A stretch of DNA of 64,000 nucleotides from Candidatus Cloacimonadales bacterium (lineage in GTDB: Bacteria > Cloacimonadota > Cloacimonadia > Cloacimonadales > JAFGVF01): positions 2,432,001-2,496,000 of the forward strand of contig CAXXJV010000001.1 of NCBI GenBank assembly GCA_963663475.2, written 5' to 3'. A model generated the notes under the pieces. The model was not told the origin of the DNA and did not search any database. It saw only the letters and a program-made list of their open reading frames with translations. The position numbers were made by a program, and so were the translations under genes. Within the stretch, counting starts at the first letter, position 1; each line of letters starts with the position of its first letter. Positions 34,589 to 45,298 of this stretch are shown in pieces.

Positions 34589-35896
34589 TTAGTTATCTTC
34601 TTTTTCCTTAAGAAAGTTAGCTAAACTATCTAATGATCTCTGGGCATACATTTCCTTTTTCTTTTTCTTATCTCTCATATCAATAGCAGGTAATAAACCA
34701 AAATTTGCATTCATTGGTTGGAAGTTTTTCTGTTCAGTTTGAAGATGATTCCAAAGCTGACCAGAAATAGTATATTTGGGAAGTTCCTGCAAATTATTAT
34801 TGATAATATGAAAGACTAAAAGTCCTATGAAAATTGATTCAACATATCCCTCTACCCCAGCAAGTTGACCTGCAATAAAAATATTATCTTTCCCCTTTAT
34901 AGATAAATTATGATTCAAAACTTGGGGAGCATTAAGATAGGTATTTCTATGTATAGAACCATATCTCAAGAAATTTGCATTTTCTAAGCCTGGAATTAGT
35001 CTAAAGACTCGTTTCTGTTCTCCATATTTTAGCATAGTTTGACAGCCAACAAGATTATAAGCATTCTTGCCAGAGTTTTCAATTCTTAACTGGAGGGCAG
35101 CAAATGGTCTTCGATCTGTGATTGGGTCTTCTAGGCCTACGGGACGCAAGACTCCGAACCTAAGCGTATCTTTACCTCTCCGAGCTAACTCTTCTATTGG
35201 AGTACAATTTTCGTAAAACTTGAATTTGATATCGTTAAAATATTTGTTTTCAAATTCTTTAGCTTGGTGTTTTTCTGCTTGATTAAGTCCTTCAACGAAA
35301 TTATAATATTCTTCTTTAGTGAAAGGACAGTTTATATAATCGGCCTCTCCCTTATCATAGCGTGACTTGTAGTAAGCTTTTTGGAAATTGATAGAGTCTT
35401 TTTCTACAATAGGTGCAATTGCATCAAAAAAGTAGAGACTTGATTGAGGCAAATAAGGAGAAAGAGCATCAATGATTTTATCAGAAGATAAGGGACCAGT
35501 TGCTATTATGGTTAAGGAATCATCAATCTGCTCATATTCTTGATTAAAAACCTTTATATTTTCATGATTCAAAATTTTATTAGTAACTAAGTTACTAAAG
35601 TCATCTCTATCTACAGCCAAAGCATTTCCCGCAGGTACTGCACAAGCTTGGGCTAAAGGAAGTAATTTCACACCTAAGAGTTTCAATTCTTCTTTTAAAA
35701 GTCCAGAACCAGTAGTAGTAAGTTGTGATTTTAGAGAGTTACTACATACAAGTTCAGCAAATGTCTCAAGCTTATGGGCCTGAGAAAAACTTTTTGGTTT
35801 CATTTCGAAAAGCTTAACTTGCCAACCTGCATCAGCAAAATTTAAAGCTGCTTCACAACCTGCAAGTCCAGCTCCAACAATATTTATATTCTTCAT
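34589..35896 (-). CDS. trmFO: Folate/FAD-dependent tRNA (uracil-54) methyltransferase
   Basis: GAGLAGCEAA, AELVCSNS, FFDAIAP, AGQLAGVEGYVES, FQPMNANFG. Confidence 0.96.
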   Translation of the reverse strand: MKNINIVGAGLAGCEAALNFADAGWQVKLFEMKPKSFSQAHKLETFAELVCSNSLKSQLTTTGSGLLKEELKLLGVKLLPLAQACAVPAGNALAVDRDDFSNLVTNKILNHENIKVFNQEYEQIDDSLTIIATGPLSSDKIIDALSPYLPQSSLYFFDAIAPIVEKDSINFQKAYYKSRYDKGEADYINCPFTKEEYYNFVEGLNQAEKHQAKEFENKYFNDIKFKFYENCTPIEELARRGKDTLRFGVLRPVGLEDPITDRRPFAALQLRIENSGKNAYNLVGCQTMLKYGEQKRVFRLIPGLENANFLRYGSIHRNTYLNAPQVLNHNLSIKGKDNIFIAGQLAGVEGYVESIFIGLLVFHIINNNLQELPKYTISGQLWNHLQTEQKNFQPMNANFGLLPAIDMRDKKKKKEMYAQRSLDSLANFLKEKEDN

Positions 35897-36131
35897 TCTT
35901 ATATTACCTTATAATTTTTTTGCAATTTTTAAGAACTTGTCTTAAAAGGCAAGAATTATTTGTTTTATGAATTAATCATGCTCAAGTGTGGTGATAAATA
36001 TTTAGCGTAAAGCACATATTTAGAAAGCTTTCATAATATTTCTAGGATAAATTCTACCACACATAAAGATGATTCGATTTTAATTGACAGTTTTATTATG
36101 CTTCTAAATAGTTAGTAATTGAGAGGTCTAT

Positions 36132-37475
36132 ATGATTAATTTTACTAAATATGCTTTCTATTTAATTTTTATTGTAGTTATTGGCTGTTCTAATCAAGTT
36201 ACTTACCCAAAGGATTTAACCATCTACTCACAAAATCCTTTGGATTATCTAGATCCAGTAAATGGAGATTCTCTAATGGTAACAAAGCTACAGCAAAGCA
36301 AGACTGATTCCCTTTCCATGCGTAGATATTACTATTGCTGGAGTGATTCTCTGGCAAGTGATAGCCTAACATCTCTGAACTTACAGACCTATTATTTAGA
36401 AAAGATTCAAAATCTTAGAGACTATCCAGGAATAGGTGAAAATAAACTACTAAGAGATTCAACATTTTATTATGAAATGTCAGAGAAATGTAAGCTAGAA
36501 GAAGGTTTTAATACTTTAAAAAAGGGAATAATCTTACAAACTACAGATATAAGAGTCTTACCAACTAACAAACCCTACTTTTTAGATTTCGATAAAGCTG
36601 GTGAAGGCTACCCTTTTGATTACTGGCAAAACTCTACCATTCCTATGGCAACTCCAATTTTTATTTATCATGAAATCGATAACTGGCTTTTGATAACCTG
36701 CCATCTCTGCTCTGGTTGGGTAAGAAAAGACAAAGCTGCCTACATAAAAGATGAAGTTATTTCACAGCTACAAAAAAATAACAGAATTGCTATTATTAAA
36801 GATAAAACACCAATTTACTCCAAGACAAATGAATATTTAGGATTCGCTGATATTGGAACTTTCTTTCCCTATTTGTTTTCTGATGAGATTAATCATAAAG
36901 CTACATTTGTTAAAAGAAATGAATGGGGCTATGCAGACCTTATAGTCATTAACATTGCTAAAGATTTTGGTGAGAGAATGCCTATCCCCCTAACTCAAAA
37001 GAATATAGCACTTATTGCTTCTCAAATGATAAATCAAAACTATGGATGGGGAGGTATGTATTTTAATAGAGATTGCTCACAAATGACTCTTGATTTATTC
37101 ACTCCTTTCGGTTTAATCTTACCAAGAAATGGTAATCATCAAGCTACAAAAGGAGGTTATTTTCTTGCTCCAGAAAATATTGATAAGAAATATTATAATA
37201 AGTTCATTGTGGATAATGCTATTCCTTTTTTAAGTCTTGTTAGAATTCCTGGCCATATTATGCTATATGTAGGTCATAAGGATGGTCAAGCACTGGTTAT
37301 GCATAATATTTGGGGATTAAGAACTAAAGGCTTTTGGCGAAATGAAGGCAGGTATATAATTGGCAAGACTGTTATTTCAGGAATGAATCTAGGCAAGGAT
37401 ATCAAAGGTGTTGATAAAAAGAGATTAATGCTAAATAGACTTTCTGGAATTGTTCAACTCTTTTCGGAAGATTAA
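36132..37475 (+). CDS. NlpC/P60 cell-wall peptidase lipoprotein with SH3 domains
   Basis: Lipobox-like IGC, GEGYPFDYWQNS, YGWGG...RDCS catalytic Cys, GHIMLYVG. Confidence 0.88.
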   Translation: MINFTKYAFYLIFIVVIGCSNQVTYPKDLTIYSQNPLDYLDPVNGDSLMVTKLQQSKTDSLSMRRYYYCWSDSLASDSLTSLNLQTYYLEKIQNLRDYPGIGENKLLRDSTFYYEMSEKCKLEEGFNTLKKGIILQTTDIRVLPTNKPYFLDFDKAGEGYPFDYWQNSTIPMATPIFIYHEIDNWLLITCHLCSGWVRKDKAAYIKDEVISQLQKNNRIAIIKDKTPIYSKTNEYLGFADIGTFFPYLFSDEINHKATFVKRNEWGYADLIVINIAKDFGERMPIPLTQKNIALIASQMINQNYGWGGMYFNRDCSQMTLDLFTPFGLILPRNGNHQATKGGYFLAPENIDKKYYNKFIVDNAIPFLSLVRIPGHIMLYVGHKDGQALVMHNIWGLRTKGFWRNEGRYIIGKTVISGMNLGKDIKGVDKKRLMLNRLSGIVQLFSED

Positions 37476-37520
37476 AAAATATTTTATCATTAGGTTCAAT
37501 TATTGCTTATACTATAATAT

Positions 37521-38966
37521 ATGAGAAAAAAAATAACTTTGATTACATTATTATATCTTATCTTGAATATGAGCTATCCCTGTACCATAGGGGTTGCTTC
37601 TAATTCTATTAATGAGTCTAACAGGCCTATCCTCTGGAAATCTCGAGATATTAGTCCCACAACTATTAACACAGTTAGACATGTAGATATTCTTAATTAT
37701 GATTTCCTAGGAGTCACTTCTCCAGGACAGAATCGTATGTGGATGGGAATTAATGAGGAAGGATTGGCTTTAGCAAATTCTCTTTCCAACGACTTAACAG
37801 TTAGTGAAGGGACTTTTAATAATGGCAACTTAATATTCAATGCCTTAGGAACATGTTCTGATTTGGAAGATTTAGAAGATTACTTAGATTTCTTAAATGC
37901 CTCTAGTTTAGACCTTGAACTAAGAGGTAATTTCGTAGCCTTTGATGCTTCTGGTTCTAGTAAATTATATGAAGTAAACAATAATAATTATTGGACTTTT
38001 CCTACTAATTCTCTTAATAATCCATTTCAAATTAGAACTAATCACTCAATAAATGGTGGTGGTATGGAAGGTATTGAAAGATTAGTAAGATCTAGAAATA
38101 TTCTTGAGAATTTAGTTACTACTAACCAACTAAATGTCACTAATCTGCTTTCTCAACATACTCGTGATGTATCTGATGCCCATTCCCAAGCTTTAGATTT
38201 ACCTTGGGAATATGGTGACCCTACCCCACTTTTAGATACCTCTTATAGCATTAATAGATCAAATACCATTTCTGCAGTTGTTATTGAAGGTGTAGGTCCT
38301 GATGAAGACCCAAAATTAACTACTATGTGGTTAATAATGGGTAACCCCTTCGTCTCATATGCTATTCCTCTTCTGGTAGATCTAGACTTAAATTTATCTA
38401 TTTTAAACAGTATTTCTGAAAATTCTCCTGAGTTAGTAGCAAGACTTTGGTCTAGTGATAATGATTATTTGCTAGATACTTCCAAGTTTCTTTCAGAAGA
38501 TTTTTCACTCTTACAAGAAATAACAAGTAGAGAGAGTCAAATCTATAGTACTTTCGAAGAATTGAAATATGAATGGTTAGAAGATGATATAAACGATTCA
38601 ATAATTGCTTCTTATATAAATGAACAAGCTAGTCAGGCTTTAAATTTTTCAACACAAGTCCTCCACAATTTCACTTCTATTCATGATTCAGAAATTGCTC
38701 TTGACTCTAACCTAAAAGTTTTTCCCAACCCCTTTTATAATAATTTAGAAATCTCTTTAAAGACAGATAAGCACGAAGACGGTAAATTAAAAATATACAA
38801 TATTAGAGGGCAGCTTGTTACAGAATATAAAATTACTAGCAATGAAAAATCTTTAATATGGGATGGAAAAAATAGTAAAAAAGAGAAGATGCCTGCTGGA
38901 CTATATATTATAAGTTATCAAAGCTCCCAAAAACATGAAGTTACAAAAGCAATTTTAATGAAATAG
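37521..38966 (+). CDS. Secreted Ntn-hydrolase (peptidase C45-like) with C-terminal FlgD/T9SS-type domain
   Basis: Signal peptide then CT (N-terminal nucleophile), RPILWKSRD, MGINEEGLA, RTNH; C-terminus FPNPF...IYNIRGQ...WDG...KAILMK. Confidence 0.8.
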   Translation: MRKKITLITLLYLILNMSYPCTIGVASNSINESNRPILWKSRDISPTTINTVRHVDILNYDFLGVTSPGQNRMWMGINEEGLALANSLSNDLTVSEGTFNNGNLIFNALGTCSDLEDLEDYLDFLNASSLDLELRGNFVAFDASGSSKLYEVNNNNYWTFPTNSLNNPFQIRTNHSINGGGMEGIERLVRSRNILENLVTTNQLNVTNLLSQHTRDVSDAHSQALDLPWEYGDPTPLLDTSYSINRSNTISAVVIEGVGPDEDPKLTTMWLIMGNPFVSYAIPLLVDLDLNLSILNSISENSPELVARLWSSDNDYLLDTSKFLSEDFSLLQEITSRESQIYSTFEELKYEWLEDDINDSIIASYINEQASQALNFSTQVLHNFTSIHDSEIALDSNLKVFPNPFYNNLEISLKTDKHEDGKLKIYNIRGQLVTEYKITSNEKSLIWDGKNSKKEKMPAGLYIISYQSSQKHEVTKAILMK

Positions 38967-38984
38967 TTTAGGCAGAATTAATTA

Positions 38985-39587
38985 TTAGAACTTGATACTT
39001 TGGTACATTGAATTCATTTCTGCTTTTAAAGTTTCTTTTATTTTTACAAAATCTTCTTTTGATTTGACTCTTTGTGGCTTACCATATTTCATCCTAATAG
39101 TTGAAAACGGTTTTGGAAATCTAAACTTATCCCAGGAATTAAAAACCCATTCCCTATTTACATCAATAGCTACAGGCATAATATCTCTTTGAGAAAGATA
39201 GGCTGTAGTAAGAAGTCCATCTTTGATTGAATAAATTGGACCTCGAGGGCCATCAGGTGTGATAGCTATACTAGAAGATTTTAGATGTTTAATTAAACCT
39301 CTTAAAGCACTCGTTCCTCCTCTAGTAGATGAACCACGCACTGGGACATAACCTAATTTTGAAATAGGACCTGCAATAAGTTGCCCATCTTTAGATTGAG
39401 ATACTAGAACACCGATGTTTCTATCTTTATTTAATAAGGTTAAGGGAATTTGATCTCTATGCCATATCATGAAGACAGTTGGTTCTTGAGGATAATTTCC
39501 ATAAATTTCTTTCTTAATAGTTAGGTTGATTAACCTTAGTAGGAAAGCACCTAAATGTTCTTCGCACTTCAGTAAAAACTTATTCAT
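38985..39587 (-). CDS. DUF374 / lysophospholipid acyltransferase-like protein
   Basis: WH, SQSKDG, VRGSSTRGG, ITPDGPRGP, SWDKFRFPKPF. Confidence 0.88.
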   Translation of the reverse strand: MNKFLLKCEEHLGAFLLRLINLTIKKEIYGNYPQEPTVFMIWHRDQIPLTLLNKDRNIGVLVSQSKDGQLIAGPISKLGYVPVRGSSTRGGTSALRGLIKHLKSSSIAITPDGPRGPIYSIKDGLLTTAYLSQRDIMPVAIDVNREWVFNSWDKFRFPKPFSTIRMKYGKPQRVKSKEDFVKIKETLKAEMNSMYQSIKF

Positions 39588-40692
39588 AAATTATCTCTTT
39601 TATCTTTTTTGCACAGTTTTTGGATGCGCTTTTATCACCGAGGAGGCTTTTTATTCTCTTTAAGATTTGCTTAAATTCTTGCTTTCTCTGATCATTAGAA
39701 AGTATGTTTTCGATTTCATTTTTAATATTCTCAGCTGTCATATCTTCTTGAATTAATTCTTTAACAATCATATCATTAGCTATTAAATTTGGTAATCCTA
39801 TATATTTAACTCTAGAAATTCTCTTAGCAATAGCTACTGTTAAGGGATTAGCCTTATAAACAATGATAAAGGGAGTTGCAAAAAGGCTAGTTTCCAAAGT
39901 AGTAGTTCCTGATTTAGCAACTACAAAATCGCTATGTTTCATGATATCATAGTTATAATCTTTGATAAAGGTAATATTATTACTTATCTCTTTTTTCTGA
40001 AAAAAATTTAAAAATGATTCATCAGCAAGAGATATGAGATATTCTCTGTCCGAATCATTATTAGCTACTTGTAAAAATATTTCTATATGTCTTTCTATTT
40101 CTGATTTTCTACTACCAGGAAAAAGGCCAATCCATTCTTTGTTAAGATCTAAATTATAATGCTCGGCAAAATCATTCTTAGACATTTGAGCTGAAATCTC
40201 TTCAGCTACGGGATGGCCTACATAAGAGTTAGGTATATGATATTCATCTAGAAGCTTAGACTCAAAAGGATTTATACAGCAGACAAAGTCAGTATAAGCT
40301 TTTATTTTAAAAATTCGTTTATGCTTCCAGGCCCAGAATTGAGGACATATATAATATAAAACTTTAATATCAAGCTCTTTAGCTATTTTGGCAACTCGTA
40401 AATTTAAACCTGGATAATCGACTAATATTACTAAATCAGGTCTATCAGAAATGAAGATATCTCTAATTTCTTTCTCTACTTTTAAGAAAAAAGTTAAGTG
40501 TTTTATAACTTCAACAAACCCCATAACATTAAATCGTGAATATTCAAAGTGGCTCTCTAGTCCTTCTTTTTGCATTAAAGGACCACCAATGCCATAATGT
40601 TTGAAATTAGCTGATGAGTTAAGTTGTTTCATTACATACGATGCATGTAAGTCGCCAGATTTCTCACCAGCCAACCAAAATATCTTCTTCAT
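39580..40692 (-). CDS. lpxB: Lipid-A-disaccharide synthase
   Basis: AGEKSGD, VDYPGLN, PQFWAW, VGHP, PGSRKSE, KSGTTTLE. Confidence 0.95.
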   Translation of the reverse strand: MKKIFWLAGEKSGDLHASYVMKQLNSSANFKHYGIGGPLMQKEGLESHFEYSRFNVMGFVEVIKHLTFFLKVEKEIRDIFISDRPDLVILVDYPGLNLRVAKIAKELDIKVLYYICPQFWAWKHKRIFKIKAYTDFVCCINPFESKLLDEYHIPNSYVGHPVAEEISAQMSKNDFAEHYNLDLNKEWIGLFPGSRKSEIERHIEIFLQVANNDSDREYLISLADESFLNFFQKKEISNNITFIKDYNYDIMKHSDFVVAKSGTTTLETSLFATPFIIVYKANPLTVAIAKRISRVKYIGLPNLIANDMIVKELIQEDMTAENIKNEIENILSNDQRKQEFKQILKRIKSLLGDKSASKNCAKKIKEIIYE

Positions 40693-40693
40693 T

Positions 40694-41878
40694 CTAGTCT
40701 AATAAATTTAAAAATGGAGGTAATTCTATATCAATATCTGATTTACTATCAGTTTCTTGATCTTGGTTATCTTCCGAAGCTACTTCATCAGTTTTATCAT
40801 ACTTCTTTTGAAGAGATGTAAAATCTTTCATACTATTACCCATACCATATCCTTCTACTGAAGAATACTCAGTCTTCTTAGCATATTTTTTCATTGCAGG
40901 AGTATTTTCAATAACTTCATCATCAATTTCTAAACCTGTAGCAAGTACAGTAACTCTAATTTTACCTTCGTACTCAGAATCACAGAAAAAACCATTTATA
41001 CATATTATGTTGTTTCCAGTCTGACTTGTAATAGCATTGCAAGCATTCTCAAGTTCATTCATCTTCATATCATTACCAGCAAAAATATTGATTAAAAGAG
41101 CCTTACAGCCAGCAATAGAAATATCTCCTAAAAGTGGGTTAGTAATAGCTTCTTGGGCAGCCACAATAGCTCTGTCTTCTCCCTCAGCTTCAGCAGACCC
41201 TATTAAAGCATAACCCATATTAGTCATTATTGTTTTTATATCAGAAAATTCTACATTTATATATCCTGTTTTTGTAATAATATCTGAGATTGATTTAACA
41301 CCATTATAAATAATCATATCAGACTTCTTAAAGCCTTCAATAATACCAATGTCAGGATAGTGTTCAAGAATTTTACTGTTTGGTATCACTAAAAGAGTAT
41401 CTACTTGTTCTTTAAGATTATGTAAGCCCTTTTCAGCATTTGAGATTCTAATCTTGCCCTCATAAGGAAAAGGTCTAGAGACAACAGCCATTGTCAGGAT
41501 ATTAAGTTCTTTAGCAGCTCTAGCAACTATTGGGATAGCACCAGTACCAGTACCTCCCCCCATTCCAGCTACAAGAAAAATAAGGTCAGCACCTGATAAG
41601 GCTTCTTTAATTTCTTGGTAAGATTCTTCTGCAGCCTTCTCACCTATTTCAGGTAGTGCTCCTGCTCCTCTTCCATGAGTAGCTTTGGGTCCTAACTGAA
41701 TTAAGTTTGGGGCAAGAGATTTTTTCAAATCTTGAACATCGCTATTCATTGCGATAAACTCAACATTTTCTAATTTATTATTTATCATGGTGTTGATAGC
41801 ATTGCCACCAGCTCCACCAATTCCTACTATTTTAATCTGGGTTAATACAAAATCTGAAGCTTCATTAATTTCAAACAT
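40694..41878 (-). CDS. ftsZ: Cell division protein FtsZ
   Basis: GIGGAGGNA, tubulin signature GMGGGTGTG, PFPYEG, VTVLATG. Confidence 0.96.
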   Translation of the reverse strand: MFEINEASDFVLTQIKIVGIGGAGGNAINTMINNKLENVEFIAMNSDVQDLKKSLAPNLIQLGPKATHGRGAGALPEIGEKAAEESYQEIKEALSGADLIFLVAGMGGGTGTGAIPIVARAAKELNILTMAVVSRPFPYEGKIRISNAEKGLHNLKEQVDTLLVIPNSKILEHYPDIGIIEGFKKSDMIIYNGVKSISDIITKTGYINVEFSDIKTIMTNMGYALIGSAEAEGEDRAIVAAQEAITNPLLGDISIAGCKALLINIFAGNDMKMNELENACNAITSQTGNNIICINGFFCDSEYEGKIRVTVLATGLEIDDEVIENTPAMKKYAKKTEYSSVEGYGMGNSMKDFTSLQKKYDKTDEVASEDNQDQETDSKSDIDIELPPFLNLLD

Positions 41879-41890
41879 CTCTATACCTCT

Positions 41891-43141
41891 TTATTCAGAA
41901 AAGAATTTTTTAATTTCATCAATTATGGATTTTATTTTAAAGGAACTTACTTTTTTCATACTTGAAAGCTCACATATTGAAGCACAATAACGCAACATAC
42001 CAATGGCAGTTGCTCCTTCTAATCTAGTTAATGCTTCTGTCTTACCACTAATATTATCCATACCAGGTTGGGAAATCTTCAGTGGTAAATTAAAGGTTTC
42101 TCTAGCGATACTTACATATGATTCTAAGTTACATGCTCCGCCAGTAAGAACTAATCCTGCAGATATCATTTCAGGCTTATAACATTTAACTAGTTCCTTA
42201 TAAGAATTTTCCAATGAGTCTTGGATTCTACGTTCAATAATTTCTTTTACTATCTGTAACTTAATCTTTTTAGTAATGTTGCGATCGAATGTTCGATATT
42301 CAATTTCTTTATTAAAATCTTGCTTAGAATAGTCTAGTTGCCCAAAACCAAGTTTTAAATCATAGGCAGTTTTAGGTAAAGTTCTAAGTACTGTATAAAG
42401 ATCTTTAGTTATCTCTTCACTACCCACTAAATTAACACTTATACCACGAATATACTTCTTACTAAAAATAATAGCATCGGAAATGCCTTCTCCTATATCA
42501 ATCATAATACAACCAAGTTCTCTCTCTTGTTCAGTTAAAACAGCTAGAGCTGAAGCATAACTTGCAAGGACAAAAGAATCTACTTTATAACCATTGATAT
42601 CAAAACACTTAGCAATATTTTGTAAAACACTCTTTTGGGCTAAGATTGTAGTAATTTCTCCTGATAACTTTGTTCCTGAAAACATTAAGGGAAGCTTGTA
42701 ATGTTCGCTGTTGTTATCTATTAGAAAAAACTTAGGTATAGTATGAATAATTTCATAATCTTCTAAACCTGTTTGTTTCAAAACACTATTTTTAGCATCT
42801 TCAAGTACTTGATCAATATGATCTTGTTTGATTTCTGTTGACTTTCCTTCAGAAGAAAGAGTAACCTTTCCTTCAGCATCAAGATATTTTACATAGTCTC
42901 CTGAAACACTTACATATAGATTTCGAATATCCATATTGGTTGATTCTTTAAGTCTATCAAAAGCTTCTTTTATAGTTTCAGAAAGATCTTTTATATCCAT
43001 TACTTTACCTTTCTGAAGGCCCTTAGTAGGGGCTTGGCCAATCCCCTTAATGTCAATCCTCTTATCAGGAAAAACTTCTGCTGTAACTGCTAAAGTTTTT
43101 GATGTAGCTAAATCAACTACTGTTATTATTTTACTTCCCAT
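41891..43141 (-). CDS. ftsA: Cell division protein FtsA
   Basis: Actin-like DLATSK, IDIGEG, VLTGG; between ftsQ and ftsZ. Confidence 0.9.
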   Translation of the reverse strand: MGSKIITVVDLATSKTLAVTAEVFPDKRIDIKGIGQAPTKGLQKGKVMDIKDLSETIKEAFDRLKESTNMDIRNLYVSVSGDYVKYLDAEGKVTLSSEGKSTEIKQDHIDQVLEDAKNSVLKQTGLEDYEIIHTIPKFFLIDNNSEHYKLPLMFSGTKLSGEITTILAQKSVLQNIAKCFDINGYKVDSFVLASYASALAVLTEQERELGCIMIDIGEGISDAIIFSKKYIRGISVNLVGSEEITKDLYTVLRTLPKTAYDLKLGFGQLDYSKQDFNKEIEYRTFDRNITKKIKLQIVKEIIERRIQDSLENSYKELVKCYKPEMISAGLVLTGGACNLESYVSIARETFNLPLKISQPGMDNISGKTEALTRLEGATAIGMLRYCASICELSSMKKVSSFKIKSIIDEIKKFFSE

Positions 43142-43151
43142 CTCTTCTCCG

Positions 43152-43922
43152 TTAATAATCTGCTCTTCGTGTTACTATTTGATCCTTATAACTTAAATCT
43201 ATATATAAACCAGAAGTGAAAGAATTGCTATGACTAAGGAACAAGTCAATCTTTTCACTAATGTTTTCTCTACCTAAATAAACAATATTTCCTCTAAACA
43301 TTTCTCGAATATATATTTTCTTCCCATCCATGAAAATATCAGATATCCTCTCTTGGAAATCAGGCCGCTCTTGCAATACATATTGTAAGTATTCATTCAT
43401 CAAGATAGTAAGGGAATCACTAATTACACTTCCATTACTAAAGTCAGTGGACTTACATTTTGTTGTAATTATCGGTAAAGATTTCTTTAGATATCCATAA
43501 TTTACGCGTTCCAAGACTTTAAGGTCTTTGGTTACATAGTAATTCTTTCCATCCGTAAAATTTACTATGCTAAATGGATTTTCCATTAAATACTTTACTT
43601 TTAATTTACTTAATATTCTGCGGTTTATATCAATCTTAGCTATAATGGGATATCTAGATTTTAAACTATCAGACATCACATCTAAATCTAAACGATATAA
43701 ATTTATGCCATAATAGGAAGATAGGTCTTGCTCAATATGATAACTCAACTTCTCAGATTCTCCAATAATATCAAGACTTTCTAATTTTAACAAGTCAGTT
43801 CTTTTAATAATCTCGAACGAACCCATTATAGTAAGAACAATTAAAACTATTGAAAGAAAAAAATAAATAAAGTACCTTCTAGTACCTCTTACGAAAGTAC
43901 TCTTTGAAGTTTTTCGCATCAA
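43152..43922 (-). CDS. ftsQ: Cell division protein FtsQ/DivIB-like
   Basis: Single N-terminal TM helix, POTRA-like region, C-terminal YIDLSYKDQIV; dcw position. Confidence 0.75.
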   Translation of the reverse strand: MMRKTSKSTFVRGTRRYFIYFFLSIVLIVLTIMGSFEIIKRTDLLKLESLDIIGESEKLSYHIEQDLSSYYGINLYRLDLDVMSDSLKSRYPIIAKIDINRRILSKLKVKYLMENPFSIVNFTDGKNYYVTKDLKVLERVNYGYLKKSLPIITTKCKSTDFSNGSVISDSLTILMNEYLQYVLQERPDFQERISDIFMDGKKIYIREMFRGNIVYLGRENISEKIDLFLSHSNSFTSGLYIDLSYKDQIVTRRADY

Positions 43923-43924
43923 AT

Positions 43925-45298
43925 CTAGTCCTCTTTCAATCTGGATATAATCCTTTCTCCAAATTCATATATTCTTCCAGCTCCCATTGTTATGAAGATA
44001 TCATCTTCTTTCAATGTTTCAAGAACTTTATCTATAATTTCATCTTCACTTTCTATAAAAGTAACATTTTTATGACCTGAGTGGATAGCTTCATCAACTA
44101 TTAATTGACCAGTAACCCCTTCAATAGGTTTTTCTCTGGCAGGATAGATGGGGGCTACTAAGAGTTTATCGCAAGAGAAAAATGCTCTACCAAATTCTTC
44201 TGCAAAATCCCTTGTTCTGGAAAATAGATGAGGTTGAAAAAGTACAACAATTCTTCTATTTGTAGAATCTCTAAAACCATCAAGAGTTGCCATAATCTCA
44301 GTTGGATGGTGAGCATAATCATCAAAGAAGGATATACCTTTATAAGTTCCTTTGTTTTCAAATCGTCTGTAAACACCTTTATACTCAAACAATCCTTCTT
44401 GAATTAAATTAAAAGGTATATCTAATTCAAGACCTACAGATGAAGCAAGTAATGAATTTAATATATTATGCTTACCAGTAACTTGTAATTTAATCCTACC
44501 AAGCTTATAATTCTTGTATATCAAATCATAAGAAGAGGTGAAATCAATCATCTCAATATTTTCAGCTCTTACATCTGCTTGCTTGGAAAAGCCATAAGTA
44601 ACAACATTTTTACTAATTTCAGGAAGAACAGACTGAACACCTTTATCATCTAAGCAAGCTATAACTGAACCAAAAAAAGGAACCTTGTCTGCATATGTTA
44701 AGAAAGCAGATTTAATATCATCAAGATTACGATAACAATCTAAATGATCTGCATCAATATTGGTTATTCCAGCAATAATAGGTGATAGTGTTAAAAATGA
44801 ATGATCATATTCATCAGCTTCAACAACAATATATTTCCCAGACCCCATAAGATTATTTGATCCAAAATTTTTCACCTTACCACCAACAATAATAGTAGGA
44901 TCTAGTTTTGCTTTCTCAAGCATAATACCAACCATAGAAGTAGTAGTTGTCTTACCGTGAGTACCAGCTATACCAATACTAAAACTCATCCTAGTTATCT
45001 CAGCAAGCATTTCAGCTCTTCTGATTACAGGAATTCTCAGTTTTTTAGCAGCTATTACTTCTAAATTATCATCTTTAACAGCAGAAGACCTCACAACAAC
45101 ATCAACTTGTCCGATATTTTCTGGACCATGTCCTTCTACAATAGTAATACCGATATCTTCTAAATGTTGGGTTATTTCACTTTTCTTCATATCGGAACCA
45201 GATATTGTCAGTCCTTGATTATGGAGGAGCTCAGCTATTGAGCTCATACCGATTCCTCCAATTCCTACAAAATGTATTTTTTTTGTTCTTCCAAGCAT
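43925..45298 (-). CDS. murC: UDP-N-acetylmuramate--L-alanine ligase
   Basis: GIGGIGMS, GTHGKTTT, EADEYD, DDYAHHPTE, FQPHLFSRT. Confidence 0.97.
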   Translation of the reverse strand: MLGRTKKIHFVGIGGIGMSSIAELLHNQGLTISGSDMKKSEITQHLEDIGITIVEGHGPENIGQVDVVVRSSAVKDDNLEVIAAKKLRIPVIRRAEMLAEITRMSFSIGIAGTHGKTTTTSMVGIMLEKAKLDPTIIVGGKVKNFGSNNLMGSGKYIVVEADEYDHSFLTLSPIIAGITNIDADHLDCYRNLDDIKSAFLTYADKVPFFGSVIACLDDKGVQSVLPEISKNVVTYGFSKQADVRAENIEMIDFTSSYDLIYKNYKLGRIKLQVTGKHNILNSLLASSVGLELDIPFNLIQEGLFEYKGVYRRFENKGTYKGISFFDDYAHHPTEIMATLDGFRDSTNRRIVVLFQPHLFSRTRDFAEEFGRAFFSCDKLLVAPIYPAREKPIEGVTGQLIVDEAIHSGHKNVTFIESEDEIIDKVLETLKEDDIFITMGAGRIYEFGERIISRLKED

